Shown here: positions 13,834 through 23,229 of the stretch, one piece after another | How positions within the stretch are numbered: the first letter of the stretch is position 1 | How the letters are laid out: the number at the start of each line of letters is the position of its first letter | DNA from: an uncultured Acidobacteriota bacterium | GTDB taxonomy: Bacteria > Acidobacteriota > Thermoanaerobaculia > Gp7-AA8 | Length of the DNA: 64,000 nucleotides | NCBI GenBank assembly: GCA_963822445.1 | Contig: CAWGHO010000003.1 | Location: forward strand, 128,001 to 192,000 | Reading direction: 5' to 3' | Translations under genes and position numbers: made by a program | The notes under the pieces: generated by a model | Seen by the model: only the letters and a program-made list of their open reading frames with translations | Database searches by the model: none | What the model was told of the DNA's origin: nothing

Positions 13834-14165
13834 CGAAGAAGCTGGACATCTACCTCAAACCGTCCTGAACGTCCTGCCGCAAAGCGGTGGCCGACCTGGA
13901 AGGTCGGGGATTCGAACTGACGCGACACGATCTGGCGAAGGAAAAGCCCACCCGCGAGCTCCTCGGACGCCTCATCGACGAACATGGACTCGACAAGGTC
14001 CTCAACACCCGCAGCCCGGCCTTCAAGGCCCTCGAAGGGCGGAAGCTGTCCAAATCCGAGGCCCTCGATCTGATGATGAAAGACGCGAACCTGATCAAGC
14101 GCCCGCTCGTTCTCGGCAAGAAGACAGTCTTCGGCTACAAACCGGAGGAGTACGACAAGCTGTGA
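13830..14165 (+). CDS. ArsC/Spx-family protein, probable selenoprotein (U13-T-S-C16; in-frame TGA 13866-13868)
   Basis: Reading through TGA gives MTKKLDIYLKPS-U-TSCRKAVADLE...DANLIKRPLV...GY, a complete ArsC/Spx fold; ATGA overlap with the upstream gene; hairpin CCGACCT-GGA-AGGTCGG at 13891-13907. Confidence 0.85.
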
Positions 14166-14431
14166 TGATGACCCCGTCGGCGATGGCCATCGCCTGCATC
14201 ACGGTGATGCTCTGGCTGATCTGGAGCGACTCCACCCGCGCGCATCGTCCGGCGCCGATCCTCTACGCCATCCGCGTCGCTCTCTTCGTCATCGTCAGCG
14301 GAGTAATGGTCGTGAACATGGTCCGTTACCCCCAGCACTTTGCCTACGGCGCGCGGCCGCTGGCCGTCGCGGTGGTGGCCGTGGGAGTTTTCGGCGCGTA
14401 CTACTTCGCACGCAAACTGGCGCGCAGGTAG
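14165..14431 (+). CDS. Small 3-TM membrane protein
   Basis: Three hydrophobic segments; TGATG coupling to the ArsC-like gene. Confidence 0.7.
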   Translation: MMTPSAMAIACITVMLWLIWSDSTRAHRPAPILYAIRVALFVIVSGVMVVNMVRYPQHFAYGARPLAVAVVAVGVFGAYYFARKLARR

Positions 14432-14437
14432 AAGTAA

Positions 14438-14648
14438 GGGGACCTATCGGAGTCATGAACTCCGGAAATGTAGACATTCCACCCAAAAGGCATTATGATG
14501 CTCCACGGGTTCGGTGAGGGTTGGCAGCTCTCCGAAGCGGATCTGACGAAGTCGCGGGGCCTGCGAATCTCTCTCTCTCGATTTAACCCACGGCTGACCA
14601 CACACGGCCTCCCACTTGGCCGTTAGCGTCGACTCTGGCCGGACCCAG
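14438..14648 (+). ncRNA. ssrS: Probable 6S RNA (long irregular hairpin with central bubble)
   Basis: 5' GGGACCTATCGGAGTCATGAAC pairs with 3' GTTAGCGTCGACTCTGGCCGGACCC; inner arm CCACGGGTTCGGTGAGGG pairs with CTCTCTCGATTTAACCCACGG; GCTCCACGGGTTCGGTGAG resembles E. coli 6S; followed by a T-run. Not confirmed with a covariance model. Confidence 0.5.
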
Positions 14649-14657
14649 TTTTTGCTT

Positions 14658-14694
14658 AGACTCGAGCCGCCGACCTTGGCGGCTCGCAGTCTTT
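14658..14694 (+). terminator. Strong hairpin (terminator or processing stem) abutting the next start codon
   Basis: agact-cgagccgcc / ggcggctcg-c-agtct, about 14 bp with one bulge, then TT. Confidence 0.5.
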
Positions 14695-14695
14695 G

Positions 14696-15373
14696 ATGGC
14701 CACTATTTCTCTCATCATCCCCGCGCTCGACGAGGAACACGCCATCGGCGCGCTCCTGGGCGCCGTCGACCGCACGCTCATCCGCGACGTCATCGTCGGG
14801 GACAACGGCAGCCGCGATGCGACGGCCGAGGTGGCGCGGGCGGGCGGGGCGGAGGTGGTCGGCGTCGCCGAACGCGGTTACGGCGCGGCCTGCGCCGGTG
14901 CACTTTCCCGCCTCCGCGATGACATCGACGTCGTCGTTTTCATGGACGCCGACGGTTCCGACGATCCGGCGGAAATCCCATTGCTCCTCGCGCCGATTCT
15001 GGAAAATCGCGCCGATCTGGTGATCGGCTCCCGCGCCCTGGGCACCGTCGAGCCGGGAGCGCTCACGCCGCAGCAGCGCTTCGGAAACTGGCTGGCCACG
15101 CGCCTCATCGAGTCGATCTACGGCCATCGCTACACCGACCTCGGACCGTTCCGCGCCATCCGCCGCGAGCTCCTCGATCGCATCGACATGCAGGACCGCC
15201 GCTACGGATGGACGGTGGAGATGCAGGTTCGCGCGCTGCAACTCGGCGCGCGGGTGGCCGAGGTTCCGGTTCGGTATCGGAAGCGGGTCGGACGGTCGAA
15301 GATCAGTGGAACGGTGAGCGGCGTGATGAAGGCCGGCTGGTGGATTCTCTATACGATCTTCAAGTACCGCTGA
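14696..15373 (+). CDS. Glycosyltransferase family 2 (DPM1-like)
   Basis: IIPALDEE, DNGSRD, FMDADGSDDP, YTDLGPFRAI, YGWTVEMQ. Confidence 0.9.
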   Translation: MATISLIIPALDEEHAIGALLGAVDRTLIRDVIVGDNGSRDATAEVARAGGAEVVGVAERGYGAACAGALSRLRDDIDVVVFMDADGSDDPAEIPLLLAPILENRADLVIGSRALGTVEPGALTPQQRFGNWLATRLIESIYGHRYTDLGPFRAIRRELLDRIDMQDRRYGWTVEMQVRALQLGARVAEVPVRYRKRVGRSKISGTVSGVMKAGWWILYTIFKYR

Positions 15374-17637
15374 TGCCCTTCCTCCTCTACACGATCTCCG
15401 CCGCCGCGCTGCTCTGGCTCGCGCACCGTTTCGTCCGGCCGCTCTCGCGATGGGCGGCGCTGGTGCTTTTTCTTCTGCCGATGGTCTTCGCCGGATACGC
15501 GCTGATGACCTCGCGGGTCATGGCACCAGTCGATCTCGCCTATCAAACCGTTCCGCTGAGCTGGATGAAGCCCGACCTCGGCATCGAGGAAATCAGCCCC
15601 GGCTTCCACAGCGACGTCTACACGGAGTTCGTTCCCTGGCGCGAAGCGGTGCGCTGGTCGCTGGCGCGCGGCGAATGGGGACTGCGCGATCCGTTCGCGC
15701 TCTCCGGCGACATCCTCCTGGCCGCGCAGCAGACCGCGATTTACTGGCCGCTGACGCTCGTCGCGCTGCTGCTGCCAGCGGCGGTCAGTTTCACCTACAC
15801 CGCGGCGATGACTTTGTTCATCGCGGGACTGTGCGCGTTCCTGCTCGCGCGCGAGCTCGATTGCGGTGAAGCGGCGTCGTTGATCGCTGGCGCGGGATGG
15901 GCGTTTGCCACAGCCATGCTTTCCTTCGCGCTGGTGACGATGTCGGCGACGTGGGCGTGGTGTCCGTTGTTGTTGGTTGCCGTCCGACACGTCGTTCGTG
16001 ATCGCAACATCGTTCTTCTCACCTTCTCCTTCACCGCCCTCCTGTACTCCGGTCACCCCGAGTCCGCCGTTCTGGCGATTCTCCTCGGACTGCTTTACGC
16101 GGCATTCGAGCTCGCGCGCAACCGCGCGAAGGCACCACGCGCCATCGCCGCGGCGCTGGCGGCGGCGGTGATCGCGCTGCTGCTCTCCGCGATTCACCTC
16201 CTGCCGTTTCTCGAGGCCTTGCCGCAGTCGACGGAACACGTCGCGCGGAACGCCATCGCCGCGCCACAGCCCGCACAATCGAACGAAGTCCTCGCGCGAG
16301 TGTCCACGTCCTTCGTTCCCTATCTTCATGGACGGAAGTGGCAGGCAGATTTCGAATGGTTCGACACGGGAGCCGCCGGCAGCATCATCCTCGCGCTGGC
16401 GATCTACGCGGTGATCCGCGTTCGATCCGCGACGACCTGGTTCTTCGCCGCGCTCGCGCTTTTCTCCCTTCTCCTTCACGCGAGATGGCCGCTGCTCGTG
16501 GCGGTGATGCAGAAGACGCCGGTCCTGAGCATCGCCCTGACCGACCGGCTCTCGTTCGGCTTCGCGCTCTGCCTTTGCGTGCTCGCGGCGATCGGCGCGG
16601 AGCGCATCAGCCGTTCAGCCGCGCTGGTGATGTTCGGAACATTGATCGTGCTGTCGGCGATGAGCTGGTGGGCGCTGCACAGGGCCGCGGTCATTCACAG
16701 CCCGCAGCGATTCGGCCATTACGCGACCGCGGCGGAATTGATCGGGCTGACGCTGGCCATGATCGCCGTGGCCTGGAACAAACGCTGGACGCCGGCGCTG
16801 CTGCTCGGCCTGGTCATCGCTCAACGCGCCGTCGCCGAGCACGGGATCTACAAGACGTTCGACACGCGGCAGGCCTATCCGCCGATTCCGATCCTCGAGC
16901 CGCTGAAGAATGCGCCGAAACCGTTTCGCATCACCGGCCATGGCAACGCGTTGATTCCGCAGACGGCATCGATGTACGCGCTCGAAGACGTCCGCGGATT
17001 TCCGGCGCTCACCTTTCAGCGTTACGCGGAAACGTTTCCGCTGTGGTGCACGCCGCAGCCCGTTTTCTACAACCGCGTCGACGATCTGACCCGCCCGTTC
17101 CTCTCCTTTCTGAACGTGCGGTACGCGATCACCTGGGACCGCGATCCGCCGCCGCCCGGCTGGCGCGAGGTCGCGCGACAGAAGGGCTCGATGCTGATCG
17201 AGAACACCCGCGCGCTCGATCGCGCGTTCATTCCGCCGCTCGTGCGATTCGGACCGCTGACGGAAATGCTGCAGGAGACCGACTTCGCGCAGCGCGCCTG
17301 GATCGAAGCCGATCTGCCACGCGGCGAGCGCACGAATGGCCCCGGACGCGTAACCGTCCGCGACGCTCGTCTCGGCTACGTCATCGACGCGGAGATGGAA
17401 GGCGACGGCTGGATCGTCACGTCGATCGCGGCCTGGAAAGGCTGGCGTGCGTACATCGACGGCCGCCGCGTGCAGACCCAATTCGCGAATCACGCGTTTC
17501 TCGGCGTGCACGTGCCGCGAGGCAAGCATCGCGTGGAGCTTCGTTACTGGCCGGAGAGCTTCGTGTGGGGAAGGGCGATCACGGCGGCGACACTCCTCGC
17601 CGCCGCGATCGCGCTGGTTCTACTTCATCGACGCTAG
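15373..17637 (+). CDS. YfhO-family (GT-C) integral membrane protein
   Basis: Many TM helices; SGHPE; C-terminal WKGWRAYIDGR...NHAFLGVHVPRGKHRVELRYWP typical of YfhO. Confidence 0.85.
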   Translation: MPFLLYTISAAALLWLAHRFVRPLSRWAALVLFLLPMVFAGYALMTSRVMAPVDLAYQTVPLSWMKPDLGIEEISPGFHSDVYTEFVPWREAVRWSLARGEWGLRDPFALSGDILLAAQQTAIYWPLTLVALLLPAAVSFTYTAAMTLFIAGLCAFLLARELDCGEAASLIAGAGWAFATAMLSFALVTMSATWAWCPLLLVAVRHVVRDRNIVLLTFSFTALLYSGHPESAVLAILLGLLYAAFELARNRAKAPRAIAAALAAAVIALLLSAIHLLPFLEALPQSTEHVARNAIAAPQPAQSNEVLARVSTSFVPYLHGRKWQADFEWFDTGAAGSIILALAIYAVIRVRSATTWFFAALALFSLLLHARWPLLVAVMQKTPVLSIALTDRLSFGFALCLCVLAAIGAERISRSAALVMFGTLIVLSAMSWWALHRAAVIHSPQRFGHYATAAELIGLTLAMIAVAWNKRWTPALLLGLVIAQRAVAEHGIYKTFDTRQAYPPIPILEPLKNAPKPFRITGHGNALIPQTASMYALEDVRGFPALTFQRYAETFPLWCTPQPVFYNRVDDLTRPFLSFLNVRYAITWDRDPPPPGWREVARQKGSMLIENTRALDRAFIPPLVRFGPLTEMLQETDFAQRAWIEADLPRGERTNGPGRVTVRDARLGYVIDAEMEGDGWIVTSIAAWKGWRAYIDGRRVQTQFANHAFLGVHVPRGKHRVELRYWPESFVWGRAITAATLLAAAIALVLLHRR

Positions 17638-18900
17638 CCGCTTTTCCAGCGCCGCGATGCGGCCGGCGCTGCGCTGCCCTTCCGGAAGCGCCTTCGCGTA
17701 CTCGACGGCCTGAGCGATCGTCTCGCGGGCCGCTTTCGTATCGCCCTTCGCGAGGTAGATGTCCGCGCGCACGGTGAGCACGGACAATCGCCGCGGTCCT
17801 TCGACGAGCATCAGAGCGCGATCGGACTCGGCGAGCGCCTTGTCGTACTCCTTCAAAGCCTTGTACGCGAGCGCGAGACGCGCCGGCGGGTTGTAGTCAT
17901 CCGGGAAATCGCGCTGCGATTGCTCGAGCATCGGAATCGCCTTTTCGGGTGTGCCGAGGTCGAGGTAGGCGGAGACGCGGTGGGAGTCGTAGACCGTGCG
18001 CTGCTCGGGCGTCTTCGCGCGCGCTGCCGCTCCTTCGAGAAACGCCGCCCATTCCTCCCGCAGTTTCCGGCCCGCCGTCTCATCGTCGGCACCGATCAGA
18101 GAGATGTAGAGGCCGGAGCGATCGTCGTCGGAAAGCACGATCTTCGGATCGTCGAAGACCTCGCGGGTCGCCTTCTTCAGCGTCGCGACGGCGTCGGGAA
18201 GTTTCGCCGATTGGGCGCAGGACAGGCCGACCGCGGCCACGTTCGCGGCGGAGACCGTCCCCTTCACCTTTGGATAGAGCCTCAGCGCTTCCTCCGCGCA
18301 GGCAACGTCGGCGTTATTCATCGACAGCGAGAAGATCAGCGACTCGGCCGCCCGGCCGAACTTCGGCCAGTTCTTCGGCGCCGCCGCCATCGCCTCGTGA
18401 ATGCTCTTTGCGGCCGCGCTGTGCCGTCCCTGCGATGAGGAGTCGTCAGCGCGTGCGAGAAAGCGATCCGCGGCCGACAGCGCGCGATTGCGATACGTCT
18501 TCTCCGCGTCGTCGAGCATCGAGCGGACCTGGGAGATGTTCGCGCCGCCGACGTAGCGCAGCGCGACGGTGTCGCGTTTCGCGTCGACGACGATCAGCGT
18601 CGGCAGCGCCGGAATCGGATACTTCTCGAGAAACGCGGCGTTGGCCTTGTTCTCGGTGTTGATGCTGAGCCAGACGAACCGTCCGGCGTACCGCTCGAGG
18701 GATTTGTCCGTGTAGACATAAGCCCTCATCGAGCGGCAGGTGTGTCACCACGGCGCCCACGCCTCGACGAAGATCGGAACGTTCTTCGCCTTCGCGCGGG
18801 CCACCGCTTTCGCGTAATCGTCTTCGATGAAGGGGAGGGTGTCGGCGGCAAACGCGGCGCTGCTGACGAGCAGCGCTGCGATCAACACGAGCTTTTTCAT
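17620..18900 (-). CDS. Exported thioredoxin-like + TPR protein, probable selenoprotein (W51-U52-H-T-C55; in-frame TGA at 18747-18745)
   Basis: Signal peptide MKKLVLIAALLVSSAAFA; ...VPIFVEAWAPW-TGA-HTCRSM continues in frame into the 369-aa ORF (cis-Pro-like LPT motif, TPR helices); long hairpin at 18691-18736 just 3' of the UGA. Confidence 0.85.
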
Positions 18901-21003
18901 TGCGGCCCCGGGGTCACCCAACGCTTCAACCACTCATCGACCTCGCGATAAAACACCCGTGAGTTCTCAGCGTTGAGAATCCAGTGGTTCTCGTCCGGCC
19001 ATACCAGCAGACGGCTCGGCACGCGCAGCCGCTGCAGGACGGACCACATCTCCAGCGTGTTGTTGAGCGGAACGCGGTAGTCCTTCTCGCCGACCGACAG
19101 AAGCATCGGCGTCTTGAACTGCGCCGCGTAGCGAATCGGGTTCTGCGTGCGCCAGACCTCGTTCTGTTCCCAGACCGGGCCGCCCGCGCCGAGCTCGCGG
19201 TGATAGATGACGTCCGAGGTTGCCCCATTGGGATTCGAGGTTCACGAGGCCCGCGTGGCTGATGAGAGCCTTGAAGCGCGTGCCCGACCAGGCCTCGAGG
19301 GCGTTCGCCAGATGCCCGCCGTAGCTCGCGCCGCCCGCGACCTGCCTCGACGCGTCGATGAACGGATACTTTTTGATCGCCTCGTCCGCCGCCTCCATCA
19401 GCTCGTCGGCGGGTCCGCGCAACGGATCGCCCATGATCGCGTTCGCGAAGTCATCGCCGAAACCGGTCGAGCCGGTGTAGTTCGTCAGCAGCATCACGTA
19501 ACCCGGTTTCGCCAGCAGGTGGTAGTTCCAGCGACGCGTGATCTGGTCGCTCCACATGTTGTGCGCGCCGCCGTGGATCAGCACGAACAGCGGGTATTTC
19601 TTCGAGGGATCGAAGTTCGCCGGCGTGATGAGTAGGTTGTGAATCTTCCGGCCGCGCTTCGACGTGAACCAGAAGTGCTGGGGCGGCGACCAGTCGATCG
19701 ACCGCGCCACCTCGACCGTGAATTCGGTGAGGTTGCGATGCTTCCGCGTCGCTGGATCGATGCGAACCACTTCCGGGAAGTCGACGGACGAGCCCCACTG
19801 TCCCACGAACACCGGCGCGTTCGCGGCGAAGTCGAGACCGGAGTACGACGCCGCGCTCCTGATCGATGGCCACCGCCGCCGCGCCGCCCTTCGACGGCAC
19901 GCTGTACAGCTTCACCAGCCCCGAATCTTCGGCGGTGAAGTAGATGGTCTTGCCATCGTTCGAGACGGCAAAGTCCCCAACCGAGCGATCGGTGTTCGCA
20001 ACGGTCCGTTCGTTCTTCATCGACGGCCATTCGAACGCCACCAGGCGCTCGGAGTTGTAGGTCTTGCCGTTGTTCGGACTGAACGTCGCGTAAAGAGTCT
20101 TGCCGTCGGGACTGAAGGTCGGGCTGCTGTAACTCCCGTTTGCAGCGGTGATTTTCTCCGGCTCGCTGCCAGTCGCGCTGACGCGATAAAGGTCGTACGC
20201 GACCTCGGAGTACGCGGACGTATGCCGTCCCGTGGTGGCGGCAAAGACCAGCCACTGACCGTCCGGCGTCCATTCGCCGCGAATCGTTTCGCCGCCCTCG
20301 CCGCCGCCGCCCGTTCCCGCGAATCCCGCCGCGGCCACGAGTTGCGTTCCGGCCAGCACGTCCTTCGGCTTCGAGACGGCATCGAGCGACTGCACGATGA
20401 TGTGCGGCTGCTTCGGCTCCATCCAGCGATCCCAGGCCCGGATCGGGAAGGCCTCGTACACGCGAACTTTGAACTTGCGGTCCTTTTCTTCCTTCGCCAG
20501 CTTTCTTGTTCGCCTCGTCGTCCGCGGCGCCGGGAAACACGACGCTGGTGAAGGCGATGGCGTTGCCGTCGGGCCTGAACTTCGGCGCGCGAGCGCCGGT
20601 GGAGAGGTTCGTGACGCGCTGGGCTTCGCCGCCGGTCAGATCGAGAACGTAGATCTGATTCTGTTCGTCGCCGTCGCGCTTCGCGGAGAAGGCGATGCGG
20701 CGGCTGTCGGGCGGACCAGGTCGCGTCACTCTCGCCGGCTTTCGTCGCGGTGAGCTTGCGCGGCTTCGCGCTGCCATCGGAGGGAGCGATCCAGAGGTCG
20801 GTCGTCTGTTCCTTCTCGTCGTAACTGGGATCGGTGACCGAAAAAACGACCCATTTGCCATCGGGACTGATCGACGGCGCGCTGACGCGCCTGGTCATCC
20901 AGAGCGTCTCGTGGGTGATGGGCTGCTTGTCCGCGGCGACCGCGCCGATCGCGATGAAAGCGACGAGCGCGAGGACGGCGGGTCGGAGGAGGGTCTTGGG
21001 CAT
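18897..21003 (-). pseudogene. S9 family peptidase (beta-propeller + alpha/beta hydrolase) interrupted by four +1 frameshifts, probably sequencing errors
   Basis: Signal peptide, SPDG propeller repeats, IHGG, GGASYGG nucleophile, DYRV and ENHW spread over successive frames; single extra bases near 20714, 20502, 19847 and 19220. Confidence 0.85.
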
Positions 21004-21020
21004 TTACGTCTCCTTTGTTG

Positions 21021-21113
21021 AAGTCTCAAAGTCGCAAAGTCGCAGAGTCTCAGAGATGCGGGCCGCGGACGCGACCTCTTTGAGACTCTGCGACTCTGAG
21101 ACTCTGAGACTTT
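21021..21113. repeat. Inverted octamer-repeat hairpin (AGTCKCAR x4 / YTGMGACT x4)
   Basis: agtctcaa agtcgcaa agtcgcag agtctcag ... ttgagact ctgcgact ctgagact ctgagact. Confidence 0.8.
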
Positions 21114-21466
21114 ATCGCGGCCAGGGCGAGGAACGCCCCGAACAAATCGATCACGACATCAACCGCCGACCCGGTTCTCCGAAGAGATTGACTCTGCATC
21201 GACTCATCCACCGCCGCCACTCCCAGCACGATCGCGAGGATCACCAACCACCGCCGGTCCGCGCGCCAGGCGAGGCCGGCGAGGATTCCGTACGCCACCA
21301 CGTGCGCGAGTTTGCGTAGCGCGACGTGCAGCCAGCGGGGGACTTCGACGCCGAAGATCGTCTGCAGCAGGCTGCCGCTCGACTCGGCAGAGAAGAGGTC
21401 GGTCGCTGCAAAAAGGATGAGGGCGGCCCAGACGACGACGGGACCCCACAGTTTCAGAATGTGCAC
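21050..21466 (-). CDS. VanZ-family membrane protein
   Basis: RKLAHVVAYGIL and DESMQS...RTGSAVDVVID motifs; C-terminus runs into the octamer repeat. Confidence 0.8.
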   Translation of the reverse strand: MHILKLWGPVVVWAALILFAATDLFSAESSGSLLQTIFGVEVPRWLHVALRKLAHVVAYGILAGLAWRADRRWLVILAIVLGVAAVDESMQSQSLRRTGSAVDVVIDLFGAFLALAAIKSQSLRVAESQRGRVRGPHL

Positions 21467-21494
21467 TCGCCGCGTACAATAACTGCTTCGCAAA

Positions 21495-23114
21495 ATGGAA
21501 ACACGCCCGATCCGCCTCACGGTTCATCAGCCGAACCTCTCTCCGATCAAGCTCAACGCTGAAGGTCCGACCATCACCCTCGGCCGCGCGACGGACTGCA
21601 CGGTTCCCATCAAGGACCGTTACCTCTCCCGCAAACACGCCGAGATCATCTACGCCTCGGGTCAGTGGGCGGTGCGCGACTGCGGCAGCGTCAACGGCAC
21701 GCTGCTCAACGGCACCAGGCTGACAATGGTCACCCCGCTCCGTCCGGGCGACCGCATCGTCCTCGGCGACAGCGAAGTCATTTTCGAGCCCGAAGCGGAC
21801 ACCTCCCAGTCCCAGCTCATCGCTCTCGACAGCAACTCCCACGCGAAGAACCTGGCCATCCCCATCCGCGATGCGGTGGCCGACAACAACGCGCGCACGA
21901 ACGTGATGGCCTCGCTGGCCCTCGAGTTCATCGAAGACCGGCCGATGCACGAGCTGTTCGACTTCATCCTCGACCGCGTCGTCGATCTCTTGCATCCCTC
22001 GCGGACCGCGCTGGCACTGCTCGGCAGCGACAGCAAGACCTTCAGCACCGTTCACCTGCGCCGCAGCGACGCCTCCGACTCGCTCGACCTCTTCATCTCC
22101 CGCACGCTCCTCGGCGAAGTCATCGAAGAGCGCAACGTCGTGTCGTTCGTCGACACCTCGCAGGATGAGAAGCTCGCCCGCGCCGAATCGATCGTCGCGC
22201 AGAACATCCGCTCGGCCGTCTGCGCGCCGCTGCTCGTCGGCGATCAGGTTCTCGGCGTTCTGTATCTCGACTTCCTCGCCAACCGCGGCGCTGTCACGCA
22301 CGAGGACGTCCGGCTCGTCGCGCAGATCGCGCGGTTCGCCGCGGTCAAGCTGGAGACGACGCGGCTGCGGGAAGAATCGATTGCCAAGGCCAAGCTCGAT
22401 GAAGAGCTGCGCACGGCGTACGTGATTCAGAGCAAGCTCCTGCCGGCGCAACTGCCGGAGATTCCCGGCTACTCATTCGCCGGCACGAACAAGCCCTGCC
22501 GCACGGTCAGCGGCGATTACTACGACGTGGTGCTCAGGCCTGACGGGCGGCTGTACTTCATCATCGCCGACGTCAGCGGCAAGGGCATCACCGCCGCGCT
22601 GGTGATGGCCAGCGTGGCCACGGCCTTCAACATCTTCACGCGCACCGATCCCACGCCCGCGGATCTCGTCCGGGAGATGAACGTCACCCTCGCGCCGAAA
22701 ACCGCGCCGACGAAGTTCGTGACGCTCGTCGCGGGTGTGCTCGATCCGAAGACCGGCCACATCGAATACGCGAACGCCGGTCACGTGCCGCCGCTGCTGA
22801 TCTCGAACTGCGGCGTGACGCAGATGAACATGACCGACATGGTCGTCGGCCTGTTCGCCAATGCGAAATACCGCAACCAGACGATGCAGCTGGGGCAGGG
22901 CGATTCGCTGGTGCTCTTTACTGACGGGGTGACCGAGGCGGAGAACGAGAGCGAAGATCAGCTCGGGCTGGCGCCGGTCGCGGCGATGGTGGAGAAGCTC
23001 CACGGAAACTGCGCCGCGGAGATCCTCACCGCCATCGACGCGCACGTGCAGACGTTCTGCGGCAACGCGCCGAGTACGGATGACGTGACGATGATGGCGT
23101 TGACGCGGTTGTAG
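21495..23114 (+). CDS. FHA-GAF-PP2C (SpoIIE/RsbU-type) phosphatase
   Basis: FHA GR...SRKHA...SVNGT; GAF; VSGDYYD, ADVSGKG, NAGH, FTDGVTE, DDVT. Confidence 0.93.
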   Translation: METRPIRLTVHQPNLSPIKLNAEGPTITLGRATDCTVPIKDRYLSRKHAEIIYASGQWAVRDCGSVNGTLLNGTRLTMVTPLRPGDRIVLGDSEVIFEPEADTSQSQLIALDSNSHAKNLAIPIRDAVADNNARTNVMASLALEFIEDRPMHELFDFILDRVVDLLHPSRTALALLGSDSKTFSTVHLRRSDASDSLDLFISRTLLGEVIEERNVVSFVDTSQDEKLARAESIVAQNIRSAVCAPLLVGDQVLGVLYLDFLANRGAVTHEDVRLVAQIARFAAVKLETTRLREESIAKAKLDEELRTAYVIQSKLLPAQLPEIPGYSFAGTNKPCRTVSGDYYDVVLRPDGRLYFIIADVSGKGITAALVMASVATAFNIFTRTDPTPADLVREMNVTLAPKTAPTKFVTLVAGVLDPKTGHIEYANAGHVPPLLISNCGVTQMNMTDMVVGLFANAKYRNQTMQLGQGDSLVLFTDGVTEAENESEDQLGLAPVAAMVEKLHGNCAAEILTAIDAHVQTFCGNAPSTDDVTMMALTRL

Positions 23115-23125
23115 GGGCGCCCCTC

Positions 23126-23226
23126 GTACGGCGAGCGTCCCGCTCGCTTTGCGCCGGGCGCCGCGCCCGGCGCTCGACCGCCGGGCAGGATGCCCGTCAG
23201 GATGCGGGCGGGCCGCCCGCCGTACG
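23126..23226. repeat. GC-rich palindromic intergenic element between convergent genes
   Basis: cgtacggcg...cgccgtacg terminal inverted repeat with nested hairpins. Confidence 0.55.
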
Positions 23227-23229
23227 TGT

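Noticed and set aside
13866-13868. Genome-wide UGA reassignment (Trp or Gly) as the explanation for the in-frame TGAs
   Set aside because: TGA is the normal stop of many genes here, often in ATGA/TGATG overlaps; read-through is indicated only at CxxC positions.
14542-14570. CTGACGA suggesting a hammerhead ribozyme; partial FMN, glycine and SRP-like words on the minus strand
   Set aside because: The required GAAA core and other conserved segments are missing; a 6S-like fold explains the region better.
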